64,000 bases of DNA from Octopus vulgaris. Taxonomy: Eukaryota. Below the pieces are notes generated by a model, which made no database searches, was not told the origin of the DNA, and was given only the letters and a program-made list of their open reading frames with translations. Below, in pieces: positions 36,401 through 46,792 of this stretch. The DNA lies in the NCBI GenBank assembly GCA_951406725.2, contig OX597831.1, positions 186,001 to 250,000 of the forward strand, in the 5' to 3' direction. Made by a program: the position numbers and the translations under genes. Numbering within the stretch: the first letter of the stretch is position 1; each line of letters starts with the position of its first letter.

Positions 36401-39400
36401 TTGAATCCTTCAATCCTGATAACCTTAAAGGAACGCCTTATTGACTTCCCCGATGTTTCTCATGGCATCTACATACACAAAATAATCATAGACTCTCCTG
36501 CAGATCGGTAAATATTTCACAAAATGTTTAAAACAATTGTTTTTCTCTTCTTTCTTTTTCCTATTTTTCCTTCTGTTTAACATCCAGTTTTCATTTCTCT
36601 CTTTGTTTTCTTTCCTTTTATACACATTGATAAAAAAAGTTACCAGGCGCAGGAGTGGCTGTTTGGTAAGTAGCTTGCTAACCAACCACATGGTTCCGGG
36701 TTCAGTCCCACTGCGTGGCATCTTGGGCACGTGTCTTCTGCTATAGCCCCGGGCCGACCAATGCCTTGTGAGTGGATTTGGTAGACGGAAACTGAAAGAA
36801 GCCTGTCGTATATATGTATATATATATATATATAAGTGTGTGTGTATATGTTTGTGTGTCTGTGTTTGACAACCGATGCTGGTGTGTTTACGTCCCCGTC
36901 ACTTAGCGGTTCGGCAAAAGAGACCGATAGAATAAGTACTGGGCTTACAAAGAATAAGTTCCGGGGTCGATTTGCTCGACTAAAGGCGGTGCTCCAGCAT
37001 GGCCGCAGTCAAATGACTGAAACAAGTAAAAAGAGTAAAGAGTCATATACTGAGGTGGGAGAGTGGTGATCTGGCAAAATCATTATCATGGTGGACAAAA
37101 TGCTTAGCATTCATTCATTCATTCATCAGAAAAGTTGCTTTGTGTTATTTGTTCCAGCTTCTGATATTCTGTGTTCAAGTCTCACTATGGTCAACTCTGT
37201 CATCATTTTGGAATCAATAGAATAAGTTCTAGTCAAGTACTCAGATCAATGGTATCAACAAAACCCTTTCTCTAAATTAGAAACAGTTATGCTGTGCAAA
37301 AGTACAACGCTCCCTCGCGAGATTGGACAGGACCACTACATATAAATAGTAGAGGTCTGAGTAAGTGAGGTAGTTGTAGTGAGTGCGCGATTTGAATATA
37401 GAGGCACCTACCTTCTCTTCGTAGTGACGGAGACCCTCCAGAGATGACTAAACGATAGCAGCTGCTAGCCCAAACCCTTAGCGACGTCCTCGCACGTCTT
37501 GTCACCTGCACAACCCACGTTGGAAAAGGCGATTTCCGCTCCCTGCGCACGCCTGACAGCTGACCCCTTCCACTTGCCCCGCTTCCGGTCAACGCACCCG
37601 GCTGCTGACGTCCAGCTGCTGATGTCATCCCACAGTAGTTTGTGCTACTTCCACAGTTCATTTGTTGATAGCAGTGGCAGCTCTTAGATAAAATGAGTTG
37701 GGGTGCTGCTTCAGAAAATTTTTAGCTGTTGTTTTAATATTGTGTAAGAGGAAACAAACATATAAAAAGAAAATTTATACATAAATTTGATTGGCTCATG
37801 ATTTAGCCACTGCCAGGTAGTGTCTTTAATTTGTTCACTGAACACCACCACAAATTCCCCCCTTGTTTTTCAAAGATCCTTACTAAATCACAAATTAAGG
37901 GGGGAAATATGCCCCTATTTTTCAAATCCTGGCAGCAACACTGAAGCTGAAAGGAGGATAATAATCTAATTCTATACACTTTATCACATTCAAGAATATA
38001 AACACATTTTTAAGTACAACACACATGGAGTCGAAAAGAAACACTACCTTTCACCAGCACACCAGAGTCAGTACTGCATGAATGACAGTGCTCTCTCTTC
38101 CTAGCATGAAGCTTCCTATTTCAGACATGTGCACACCAGCCAAACACCACATTGCTGGAACTGTGAAGTGCACAGTTCTATACAAGGTTTTTGTATTATT
38201 TTCATAAACTAGGAGATGGCTACTAACACTAAGCTTAAGGATTATATAATGTACAAGTATAAAAAAAGAATTAAAGAAAAAAGGATTCATTATATTGAAT
38301 GTTATCGATAATACCGAGTGGAAATAGGAGGTGCTGCAGTTCCACAGTGCCTATACACAAGCCTCCACTTGTTGATAGTTCAAAGTTTGCAGTTCGAGTT
38401 AGGGTGTTGGATTGTTAGTTCTTAAAAGCTTGTCGTTATGTTATGTGTGGTTACTGCTGTTTGTTTCAGTTATATTGTTATTACACTGTTGCAGTGTATT
38501 CTTTTATCTACAAGGATATAACAAATTATCATCAAAATATTAAGCTGGTAGAATCATTAGAGCATCACTATTTCCTCTGACTCATTAACATTCTGAGTTC
38601 AAATTCCACTAAGGTCAGTTTTGCCTTTCATCCTTTCAGGGTTGATAAAATAAGTAGCAGCTGAGCACTGGAGCTGATGTAATCAATTTATCCCCTCCCC
38701 CAGACTTGCTAGCCTTAAACCAAAATTTGAAATCATCATTATTATTATTCAGGCAATAAGCTGGCAGAAGCATTAGCACGCTGGGACAAATGCTTAGTAG
38801 CATATTGTCCATCTTTATATTCTGAGTTCAAATTCTGCTGAGGTTGATTTTGCTTTTCATCCTTTTGGGGTTGATAAAATAAGTACCAGTTGAACATTAG
38901 TATTTATGTAATCGACTTAAGTCCTCCTCTTAAATTGCTGGCCCTATACCAAAATTTGAAACCATTATCATCATCATAAGTATAGTGGATTGGCTGAATC
39001 ATTAGTGCATCAGAAAAATACCTTACTGCATTTTAGTCTAGTTCTATATGTCTTGAGTTCAAATCCTGCTGACACCAACTTTGCCTTTCATCCTATCAGG
39101 GTCAATTGAATAAAGTTCTAGTCGAGCACAAGGGTCAAGGAAACAAGCTAACTCCCTCACCCAAAACTCTTGACTTTGAGCTTAAATTTGAAGGCATTAT
39201 TATTGTGGAATTATGTCAAATAGTTGTCACGTGTCGGCCAGGTTGTTTTGAGGATTACCTCATCACCTTCTTTGCCAAGAAGAGCAAGCCGTTTTCCTGT
39301 TTGATGGCCATGCCAAAAGAGACTGGAGCATGGACGAGTCATTTTCTTTCTCAAGTTCCACATTGAGAGAAGTGCTACCCTACAGTATTTTTGCTAAAAG

Positions 39401-39801
39401 GTGCGTAAAATTAGCAGGACAAGGCTTCTTCATAGTTTCTGATGTTGATCAGTCCAAAGTTATACTAGTAACCACAGAGCCATACTTGCATAGATCTCCC
39501 TCTCTAAGCAATGCATTGTAAGCCACACTATAATTTGCAAAAAAAATTTATCTGCATGCAGGGTATGCATTTCTTCTCTGATGCTTTTTTTTTTCCATTC
39601 ACTATTATTTCTATTTGTTTTTCTTCCATCAGGGCTGGCCTTAAAGTTGGAGATGTGATTGTTGCCGTAAACAATAAAAATGTCAGTGATTCATCTGATG
39701 TCTACAAAGCTATTGAGTCCGGTCAACTTTTGACACTGGCAATCTGCCGTCGGAGACAGACTTTAAATATTAAAATTGAACCAGAGATGATATATGATTG
39801 A
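14788..39801 (+). CDS. HTRA2: Serine protease HTRA2/Omi, mitochondrial; join(14788..15173,21373..21565,22591..22785,27006..27038,30521..30638,36321..36507,39633..39801), 426 aa
   Basis: All six introns are GT-AG with matching phases (2,0,0,0,1,2), total 1281 nt. Arg-rich leader, TM segment, YNFIAD, triad TNAH / DLA / GNSGG, C-terminal PDZ. No IGFBP/Kazal module, so HTRA2 rather than HTRA1/3/4. Confidence 0.93.
16290..16487. mobile_element. hAT-like MITE
   Basis: Imperfect TIRs CAGTATTTCTTAAC / GTTGGGAACTACTG; 8-bp TSD ATGTTGAG / ATGTAGAG (7 of 8). Related copy at about 47359-47646. Confidence 0.6.
16601..16650 (-). ncRNA. Type I hammerhead ribozyme motif, G3-C8 core variant
   Basis: Minus strand: tttgtca GTGAACA g gtcg-cggattttaa-cgac GAAA atat TT tgacaaa. 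7-bp stem I, 4-bp stem II, palindromic stem III (AATATT). Confidence 0.6.
17293..17714 (+). mobile_element. SINE family A, full length (HTRA2 intron 1)
   Basis: GGCGCAGGAGTGGCTGTGTGGTAAG head, GGTTCAGTCC B-box-like motif, AGTAAAAGAGTAAAGAG tail. Confidence 0.85.
18566..19120. repeat. Interspersed repeat of unknown class inserted between (ATT)n tracts
   Basis: An internal segment recurs at about 35250-35420 and the left end recurs inverted near 38070-38100. Confidence 0.5.
20777..21252 (-). mobile_element. Non-autonomous Helitron-like element, copy 1
   Basis: Minus strand A|TCTATATATATAAA...CCCGAGCAACGCCGGG hairpin...CTAG|T: 5' TC, 3' CTAG, inserted at AT with no TSD. Confidence 0.8.
21373..21565 (+). 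CDS. HTRA2: HTRA2 exon 2 (SNGSGFIV...TNAHVV...[13 protein letters not shown]; catalytic His and Asp)
   Basis: Acceptor TTCTCTTTGCAG, donor GCT|GTAGGT. Confidence 0.92.
21921..22134 (+). repeat. 214-bp local duplication, also at 25032-25245
   Basis: Near-identical direct copy covering the junction of two different decayed repeats. Confidence 0.8.
22591..22785 (+). CDS. HTRA2: HTRA2 exon 3 ([26 protein letters not shown]...YIQTDAVIN)
   Basis: Acceptor TATCTTTCAG, donor AAC|GTAAGC. Confidence 0.93.
23740..24830 (+). mobile_element. RTE-like LINE 3' relic interrupted by a SINE
   Basis: Fragments [34 protein letters not shown] and [12 protein letters not shown]. Family B SINE nested at 24282-24622. 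Confidence 0.7.
24282..24622 (+). mobile_element. SINE family B nested in the RTE relic
   Basis: Near-identical to 11786-12132; flanking direct repeat TAGTGTGCAGG at 24273-24283 and 24623-24633. Confidence 0.85.
25527..26036 (+). mobile_element. Non-autonomous Helitron-like element, copy 2, nested in a TTAA-flanked MITE (about 25379-26097)
   Basis: A|TCCATATATATAAA...CCCGAGTAACGCCGGG...CTTG|T; reverse complement of 20777-21252 apart from small indels. Host MITE family also at about 21606-21778 and 43176-43357. Confidence 0.8.
27006..27038 (+). CDS. HTRA2: HTRA2 exon 4, 33-nt microexon [11 protein letters not shown] (catalytic Ser)
   Basis: TTTCTAG|TTTGGCAATTCTGGTGGACCCTTGATCAATCTG|GTGAGT. 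Missed by the ORF track. Confidence 0.93.
27079..28290 (+). mobile_element. Degraded DNA transposon, Chapaev (CMC)-like transposase, 3' truncated
   Basis: Frameshifted ORFs with [42 protein letters not shown] and [22 protein letters not shown]; candidate CACTG terminus at 27079. Superfamily assigned from recall. Confidence 0.65.
28310..29915 (+). mobile_element. CR1-like LINE relic (RT domain and 3' end)
   Basis: Remnants [25 protein letters not shown] and [23 protein letters not shown]; ends GTGCACCTGAGCAC with an ATT-like tail. Confidence 0.75.
30205..30400 (+). mobile_element. Short retroelement (RTE-tail-like, family D) ending in (GAT)n
   Basis: TTAGGAAGGGCATCCAGC...CCAACCCATGCTAGCATGGA...TAAACGATGATGAT. 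Other copies at 20238-20417(+), 26534-26760(-) and 30841-30996(-). Confidence 0.7.
30521..30638 (+). CDS. HTRA2: HTRA2 exon 5 ([29 protein letters not shown]...)
   Basis: Acceptor TTATTTTCAG, donor CAC|GTAAGA. Missed by the ORF track. Confidence 0.93.
31290..32137 (-). mobile_element. AT-rich non-coding Penelope-like insertion splitting a family A SINE (halves at 31055-31280 and 32138-32290)
   Basis: The two SINE halves rejoin across the insert, which carries a hammerhead motif followed by AATAAA on the minus strand. Confidence 0.55.
31475..31600 (-). ncRNA. Type I hammerhead ribozyme motif with long stem II
   Basis: Minus strand: cattagaatct CCGAAGA ggcc-[long hairpin with ATGTCTCATTTA / TAAATGAGACAT]-ggcc GAAA cagctg TC agttataatg. 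Palindromic stem III ACAGCTGT, GUC site, U4C change. Confidence 0.7.
32490..33375 (-). mobile_element. CR1-like LINE 3' relic
   Basis: Minus-strand ORF with [26 protein letters not shown]...[12 protein letters not shown]; (TTA)n tail. Confidence 0.75.
33405..33701. repeat. About 300-bp imperfect palindrome (fold-back)
   Basis: ATTAGAAAAAACCACCTTTTATCAATTCAACAATGAAAAAATTA... is mirrored by ...TTTTTTCATTGTTGAATTGATAAAAGGTGGGGTTTTTTTCTAAT; centre near 33535. Confidence 0.85.
35570..36255 (-). mobile_element. 5'-truncated CR1-like LINE with an internal 56-bp tandem array
   Basis: ORF end [10 protein letters not shown]...[35 protein letters not shown]; (TTA)n tail. Confidence 0.8.
35955..36233. 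repeat. 56-bp tandem repeat, 5 near-identical copies
   Basis: GCGCTCAGAATATGGTAGGTGTCTGATGGAGGG recurs at 35959, 36015, 36071, 36127 and 36183. Confidence 0.9.
36321..36507 (+). CDS. HTRA2: HTRA2 exon 6 (linker and PDZ N-half: [11 protein letters not shown]...[21 protein letters not shown])
   Basis: Acceptor TTTCTTTCAG, donor TCG|GTAAAT. Confidence 0.9.
36646..37043 (+). mobile_element. SINE family A (HTRA2 intron 6)
   Basis: Matches 17293-17714, with a small internal deletion. Confidence 0.85.
37290..37637. mobile_element. Candidate solo LTR (GC/CpG-rich island in an AT-rich intron)
   Basis: Termini TGCTGTG...CACAGTA (6 of 7 inverted), internal TATAAATAG, sharp change in composition; TSD only imperfect (GTTA / GTTT). 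Confidence 0.4.
38540..39200 (+). mobile_element. Tandem cluster of decayed family C SINEs joined by ATT/ATC tails
   Basis: Three successive copies of GCTGGCAGAA...TTCTGAGTTCAAAT...TTTGCCTTTCATCC. Similar clusters at 8350-8770 and 19230-19800. Confidence 0.65.
39633..39801 (+). CDS. HTRA2: HTRA2 exon 7 (PDZ C-half [13 protein letters not shown]...IEPEMIYD*)
   Basis: Acceptor TTCTTCCATCAG; TGA stop; AATAAA at 39849-39854. Confidence 0.92.
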
Positions 39802-40081
39802 TTGTGAATTTCATATTAGTGGAATTTGTTTCTGATAAAAAAAAATGAAATAAATATAAAAGAAAAAAAAAACACTTTTTTAATTTAATCAAAAACTTGT
39901 TTTTAATAATATCATACTATGTAAAACAAAAAATACAAAGAAATTTTGATTGTTTAATTTTAAAAGATTTTGGCATTTTTCCTGTGCGTAAAATGGCAAT
40001 ACATCATATATGATTGAGTGAACAAATGAAAGAAAGTAATATTCAATACATTTGGTTGGAGCTAATAGCAGTTTGTCTCAG

Positions 40082-40140
40082 CTCCACATGACTTAAAGTT
40101 TCATGGATGAGTAGGATGCATTGTTCTCATCAGATGGTAG
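40082..40140 (-). ncRNA. Type I hammerhead ribozyme motif with intact core and weak stem II
   Basis: Minus strand: ctaccat CTGATGA gaacaatgcatcctactcatccat GAAA ctttaag TC atgtggag. Quasi-palindromic stem III ACTT-T-AAGT; GUC site. Confidence 0.6.
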
Positions 40141-40388
40141 GAAAGAGCATCTGATGAGATGGACATGTTCTATGCATTCACAAAACTTGAGCTGAGTCAG
40201 GCTGTCATTATATAATCAATCATCATTTTTTGTCTACTTTTCCATACTACCATAAGTTGGATGAATTTTTTGAGGCAGTATTTTCCCACTAGATGTCACT
40301 CTATGTGTCAACAATTTTAATTGCTTCTTATGACATGCAAAGTAAAGTGTACCTAGTTTAAAACTAGAATGCACATAATGTGTGTTTG

Positions 40389-40433
<45 letters not shown>

Positions 40434-40837
40434 TATCTTTGCAGCCACACCAGGACAACACCTTGAAAGGTGTTGAACATATTAGCCCCTAGTACTTTTT
40501 TACTTAAAGTCTGGTACTTATTCTGTCAGTCATTTACTGAACTGCTATGTTATGGAAGCATAAACTAGCACAGGTTGTCAAACAGTAGAAGGAAGACGAG
40601 CACAAATACAAAGACACACACATATGTATATATACAAAGGGCTTCCATGTAGTTTCTGTCAACCAAACACTCATAAGACATTGATTAGCCTGGGGTTGTA
40701 ATAGAAAGTGTTTACCCAAGGGGCTGTGCAGTGGAACTAAACTCAAAACTATGTAGGGGTACAAAGGGAGTTTCTTAACCATATAGCTATCCCTGCACAA
40801 ATATAGTTTTATTACAATCATACAAACAAATCAGGTA

Positions 40838-40888
40838 ATATAACTCAAGGTTTCACATAAGTCTGATAGACCTACAGTCATCAGATGT
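40838..40888 (-). ncRNA. Partly decayed type I hammerhead motif
   Basis: Minus strand: acat CTGATGA c-tgtaggtc-tatca-gacttatg-t GAAA ccttgag TT atat; AATAAA about 25 nt downstream. Confidence 0.5.
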
Positions 40889-42228
40889 GCCTGTAAGGAT
40901 TGTGTATGGTCATGGCCAAAATAACTATGGAGTCCCTTTCTCCACAACTATTTTCATTGTGACCATTTTGTGTATGTGTTCATAGATAGATAGGTATAAA
41001 GATATAAACTTAAGTCATTAGATATGCTTGTTTGGATTGAGAATGGTCACTGCCAAAATAGCTATGGCGGCCCTTCCGCTACAGCCACTTTTGCAGTGAC
41101 CATTGTAGACCATACAGGCACAAAGCTTCTAGTTATATAACCGTTTTGCTTATAAAACTATATATTGTCTCTGCTTTGTAGAATGAATGCTTTTTTTTCC
41201 AATCTACTCCTGAAAAAGCACACACACAGCCAAATACAATCATACTTATATGTATTAACACATACATGCACCATAATTATAGAACACAAACTTCTACAAC
41301 TTTGCTGCTGTATCGTGCAAATAGTTATTGTGAACTACATCCTAATTAGTTTTGCATACAGGATTATCTATAGCGCTTTTACATAATATGTAGCTAACTT
41401 TAATAGTTGCTACCCTAAATTTGTTAAATCTTTTCTAAGATATTCAGCGATGTATTCACAATTCAGTTTCATCCCTCTGTCATCATCATTATCATCATCA
41501 TCATCTTTTCCATGCTGGCCTATGGTTTTTCTGAGACAGTTTTTTTATGGCCATATGCCCTTTCAGTTGCCAACCTTTTTAATCGCTTCTTCTTAAGGGA
41601 TGCGGTGTACTTATTCTAAAATTAAGACCATCCTCATTGTCATTTTAATGTCCACTTTTCCATGTTTGTATATGTCAGATGGAATTTATTGAAGTGGATT
41701 TTCTATGACTGGATGCCATGCCCTGTCTACCATCAATCCTCTTTTGTTCCCAAGTAAAGTAATATTGTCCCCTGACCAAGTGTGTGTTTTCATGGGAAAC
41801 TGGAAATGAAGGACATGGCTTCAATGACAGCAACATTCATTTATAAATATCATGCAATGTCAAGACAAGGAGACACTAACACACACAAATGCACATATCT
41901 GACTGGCTTCTTTCAGTTTCCATCAAATACACTCCCAAGAAGCCACGCAGTGGGACTGAACCTGAAACCACATGGTTGGGAAGCAAACTTCTCACCACAC
42001 TACCATTCCTGTGCAAGTAATTCCATCCTTCTATAATCTGAGAACAATTTCTCTCTCAGGGGTCAGCTTTACTTTTTGTTCTCCACCCTGGGTGGGTATT
42101 ATAAATATGAATCATGTAGTGTGGGGTCCTTTCAATCATCAGTACATCTTAAGAAATGTGGAACCCTTGTGCCAATCTAAGAAAGAAATCAAAATAAGAA
42201 TATTGGGATAATTAGCTGCTTTCAGCTG

Positions 42229-42485
42229 TAAGGGTAAAGACCCCCTTCGGTCATGAATGACCATGGGATTGCACCTAGAAAGTTACCCTCCTAGACACAA
42301 GTCCGGGCAAGGTTGTTTATGGAAGACCAGCAGTCGCCCATGCATACCAGCCTCCCCTCTCCACGCCGCCAGTGTTATCCAAGGGAAAGACAAAGGTCGA
42401 TACAGCTTGGCACCAGTGACGTCGCAACTCATTTCTACAGCTGAGTGAACTGGAGCAACGTGAAATAAAGTGCTTTGCTCAAGAA
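42229..42485 (-). mobile_element. 5'-truncated SINE family B
   Basis: Reverse complement of about 11868-12125. Confidence 0.85.
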
Positions 42486-42790
42486 TAAAGTGCTGTAAAT
42501 CAACCAAATACCAGTAGCATTTAATTACAGAACTTAGCATTTTGAAATCAAATTCTACCAAGATCAATTTTACTTTCATTTGCTTAAAATATGAGAATTG
42601 CAATAAACACCACTCCACATTATCAAATATGCTGAAAGAAAGAGCATTTATACAAATCAAAGAAGGATTACTATACTAAAAAAATAGCAGCTAAACTTTC
42701 CATAAATCACACTCTACTGTCTTAAAAAAAAAAAAATATAAGGTAAGACACATTTGATTTGATAAATGTAGTTACTGATACATTATACCT

Positions 42791-43020
42791 ATTTCTTTAT
42801 TACCCACAAGGGGCTAAACATAGAGGGGACAAACAAGGACAGACATAGGTATTAAGTCGATTACATCGACCCCAGTGCGTAACTGGTACTTAATTTATCA
42901 ACCCCGAAAGGATGAAAGGTAAAGTCGACCTCGGCGGAATTTGAACTCAGAACGTAACGGCAGACGTAATACCTCTAAGCATTTCGCCCGACATGCTAAC
43001 ATTTCTGCCAGCTCACCGCC
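42791..43020 (-). mobile_element. Intact family C tRNA-derived SINE with 15-bp TSD
   Basis: Head GGCGGTGAGCTGGCAGAA...GAGTTCAAATTCC, tail AATAAAGAAAT; TSD TGATACATTATACCT at 42776-42790 and 43021-43035. Confidence 0.85.
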
Positions 43021-46000
43021 TGATACATTATACCTGAAAATTAAAAACAAAATATTCGTTGCTGAAAAATCTTTGATTACAGACCTGGTGAGTCAGAGTT
43101 GATTTGAATGCTAAATGGCCACAAAACTTGATTAATATACTTAAAATATTCATTTAATGAACACCATGCATCTTTTAACCCTTTAGCATTTAAACAGGCC
43201 AGCTCCAACCTCTCACACTTATCCTACAATATTATTCTAAAAAGAAACAATTAAATCATTAAAATCTCAAAGCTACAAGATAATGCATGATTAATTCAAA
43301 ACAATGTTAATAAATGAGCATTACATTAGACAAAGAAATATGAATGGTAAAAAGTTAAAGAATTTGGGAAAAATGATACAATTGCCATTGTATTACTATC
43401 TCTTGAATGCTGTTCTATTTATTCAACTATTATATATATCCAAAGGCAAATATTCTAGGTTACTAAAAACATATGAGATAATAATACCAGTATTAGTATG
43501 GGCATTATGAATGCAACACAGAATACACCAAATGATACTATTTATCAATGACTATTCTACCAAAAAATACAATTAATATTTTCTGTGAGTCAAGTTGTTT
43601 CAATAAACTTGACATATCTCATCAAAAAATAGTTTTGAACATGACATTCCTCAACAAAAGACAGACTAGTATATAAAACTGCTTTCTGCAGTTAAGGGTG
43701 ATGAAATTTTGAGTTGATGTATCTGATTTCCATAGTAAAACGGTTAACACCTCTAATTCCACATTAAACAGTAAAGTTTCTGGAATACAAGCCTTCTTGC
43801 AATGCTGGAAATTTGTGTGTTAAATAAAACAGTTTCTTTTTTTACATGTATATGTAATTAAAAAATTTTTTTTTTATGCACCCTTTCCAAGCCTAGCCAG
43901 GGTCATGGGCCCGGTTTCTATGGCGTATGTGTTACCCCCAGCTGTCCATCACAGCGTTACTTAAGAAACAGGAAGAAAGAGTGAAAGAAATTTGGGGCGA
44001 AAGAGTACAACAGAGGTCGCTACCACCTCCTACCGGAGCCTCATGGAGCTTTAGGTGTTTTCGCTCAATAAGCACACACAATGCCCGGTCCGGGAATCAA
44101 AACCGCGGTCCTCTGACCATGAGTCTGCTGCCCTAACCACTGGGCCATTGTGCCTCCACATGTATACGTAATGCCATTTTATATATTGCGTTATCATATA
44201 AAATTCCTGAATTATCAATTATTAAATGACTTAAAATATTGTTTAACTCTTTTGATACCTACCCACATGAAATCATCCCTGGTTCTATGATACAAACTAC
44301 CTGTTTTAAAATGACCTAAATTCAAACCATGCATCAAAATTTCATGTTAATTTATGTTCCAATCACTAACTTAATGATAACAGTTATTTCATTAAATTCG
44401 TCATTATTTTGAAAATTAATTGAATCAAAGGCAGTGTATTTCAATAAATATATAGTATGAAATGTAATTAATTGCTTCAACTATTAATTATGATATTTAA
44501 AGAAAATGTAACATTTTTTTCCTTTAGCAAAAACTATAACTTTATTCCCTGTAGTTTTATTTCAGTTCAGACTGTAAGATGGAGATTACCTTCTGATCAT
44601 AAATCTAAGAACAGTCATATCCTACAATAAAAAAAAAACAAGATGTCCACACTTAGAATGCTTATCAAACACTTCTTTAATCAATTATCTATGTTCTTGC
44701 AACTTTGTGTGTTTGTGAACTAACCTTGTTGCGAGGTCAATCACTCATATCCTGTAATTGAAGCTGTGTTATGTCTATAGCCCAATTCTTCATAAGCTTT
44801 TAAAGATAGTGACACACTTTTACTTCACAAAAGTAAATAATAAATATAATCCTCCATTTTTTTCTAAAATTAAACATCAAATCCATGCACAAGCGAAACT
44901 GGAAATCAGCATTTAACTCTTTGATACCAAACCACCTAAGACCACCCAAGATTCTATGAATACAAACTTTCAATTTCAAAAGGACCTAGAATTAAACCTT
45001 TCTCTAAAAGTTCAAGTAAATTTATGTTCCAAATACACACATTTTTTTTCTCTTCTTGTTCCTTTCTGTGGAAGAGTGTAGGCTCAAAACATTAAAGATT
45101 TTTTCAATTCCCGAGCGTTATACAAATACATGTGTTTGTTTTCTACACCACCTGTCTTCGTCTTGTTTTTTTTTGTGAATTCTCCCTATATGATAGGTAG
45201 TCCTCCAGTGTCTGATGACAACAAAGTCTGTGTCCTCAGCAACGAGAGCACATGTGACCCTGCTGTCCAACATATAGATCAAAGCCTGCAAGCACAATAG
45301 TTACACTCATCTCAGTATTGGTAAATGAGTGTAAGAGAACAAGCAAGACAGCAAACAGAAATCAAGTATGTTTTTACAAATGGCAGCGAAACAATTTAAA
45401 ATGTATTTATACATAAAAGTGTGGACAACTAACAAAAACTCATCATGCATCAAGTGACATGCATGGTTCTTGTAGGTAGTATAAGGCCTATTTTTTCCCC
45501 CCAATCCTAACAATCTTCATATAATGCATAGTATGTATAGATGACATAAAAACATGAAAAGTTATGCACCATGAAATAAATTTCAACAATTGGTTATAAG
45601 TTATGAACATTTAAAGAAGGAAATTGTGTTAGCTGATGCAATTGGTCCTTCTAGTGTTAAAATTGCATTGTACTCAAGCAAATATGGTATTTTACTTTTT
45701 CAAGAGTATTCTGAATCATCAGAACATATCTTCTATTCAAGCAAGTTGTACCTGCTTCTGTCCTCCGTTGACACCAAAAACACTTTACCTATCTCACCTT
45801 CATTTTAAAAGAATGTCAGGATGATGATGATATAACCTTTGCTGTTTATTGATTCTTTCTGTTAGTTTAAATGGAAACAGTTCAAACATATTTATGACAA
45901 CCAGGTTCCATAGTAATACTAAAGTATAAAAATGAGAGAATGAGAGGGAGAGAGAGGGAGAGTCAGATAGACAGACAGAAAGAAACAAAGAGAGAGAGAG

Positions 46001-46760
46001 AGAAGCTGCTCAATAAAAAATGTCAGCTAATGGGTTATTTTATCTTTTACTCAAGAAGGGTAATGCTCACAACTTCTTCCGGGACCTTTGAGACAAATGG
46101 GAGAGAGAGGGATGGGAATATATCTTCAAACCAGAAACTTTACCTTTCATCCTTTCAGGGTCAATAAATAAAGTACCAGTCTAAAGCAGTGGACAGCACC
46201 AAACAGGCTGTCTTGTGGTATTTGCACAAGACCTTTGCATCCTGCGTCAAGTCCCACTTCAGACTACTTGATTGATAGGCACAATCTGTCATCTGGTTTA
46301 ACTGGCACTTAGGGTGCCTTTAATAGAGTCCAGCATTCAGGCCAGATCTCTGGTTTAAGAACAACTTTCTCCCTCCTTCCCTCTCATTAACCTCAGAGGC
46401 CTTCTGAAGTATTGTGGTCCCTACCTTTCCCTTCTGACCAAAAGATAAAACATAATACCACCAGAAAACACAAAGATAGCTAAAAAAGCTAAAAACAACA
46501 ACAACAAAAAGAGGGTAATTAACAAAAAGCATTTTAACTGGGGAAAATTTTAGAAAAGCAAACTCTTCCATAGGCAAACCCCAAATAAATGATTAGTCAA
46601 TTGACAAACTGTAGAGATGTGTTTAGTTCAGGGTTCAGTCCCACTGTGTGGCACCTTGGGCAAGTATCTTCTACTATAGCCTCGGGCCAACCAAAGCCTT
46701 CTGAGTGGATTTGGTAGACGGAAACTGAAAGAAGCCCGTCGTATATATATGTATATAAAG

Positions 46761-46792
<32 letters not shown>

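Noticed and set aside
45060-45100. Hammerhead-like GGAAGAG...CTC-AAAA-CA-TT motif in a small repeat
   Set aside because: Both core strands are mutated, so it cannot be supported from this copy alone.
45690-45730. Minus-strand CTGATGA...GAAA hammerhead candidate
   Set aside because: Stems I and III do not pair convincingly; likely chance.
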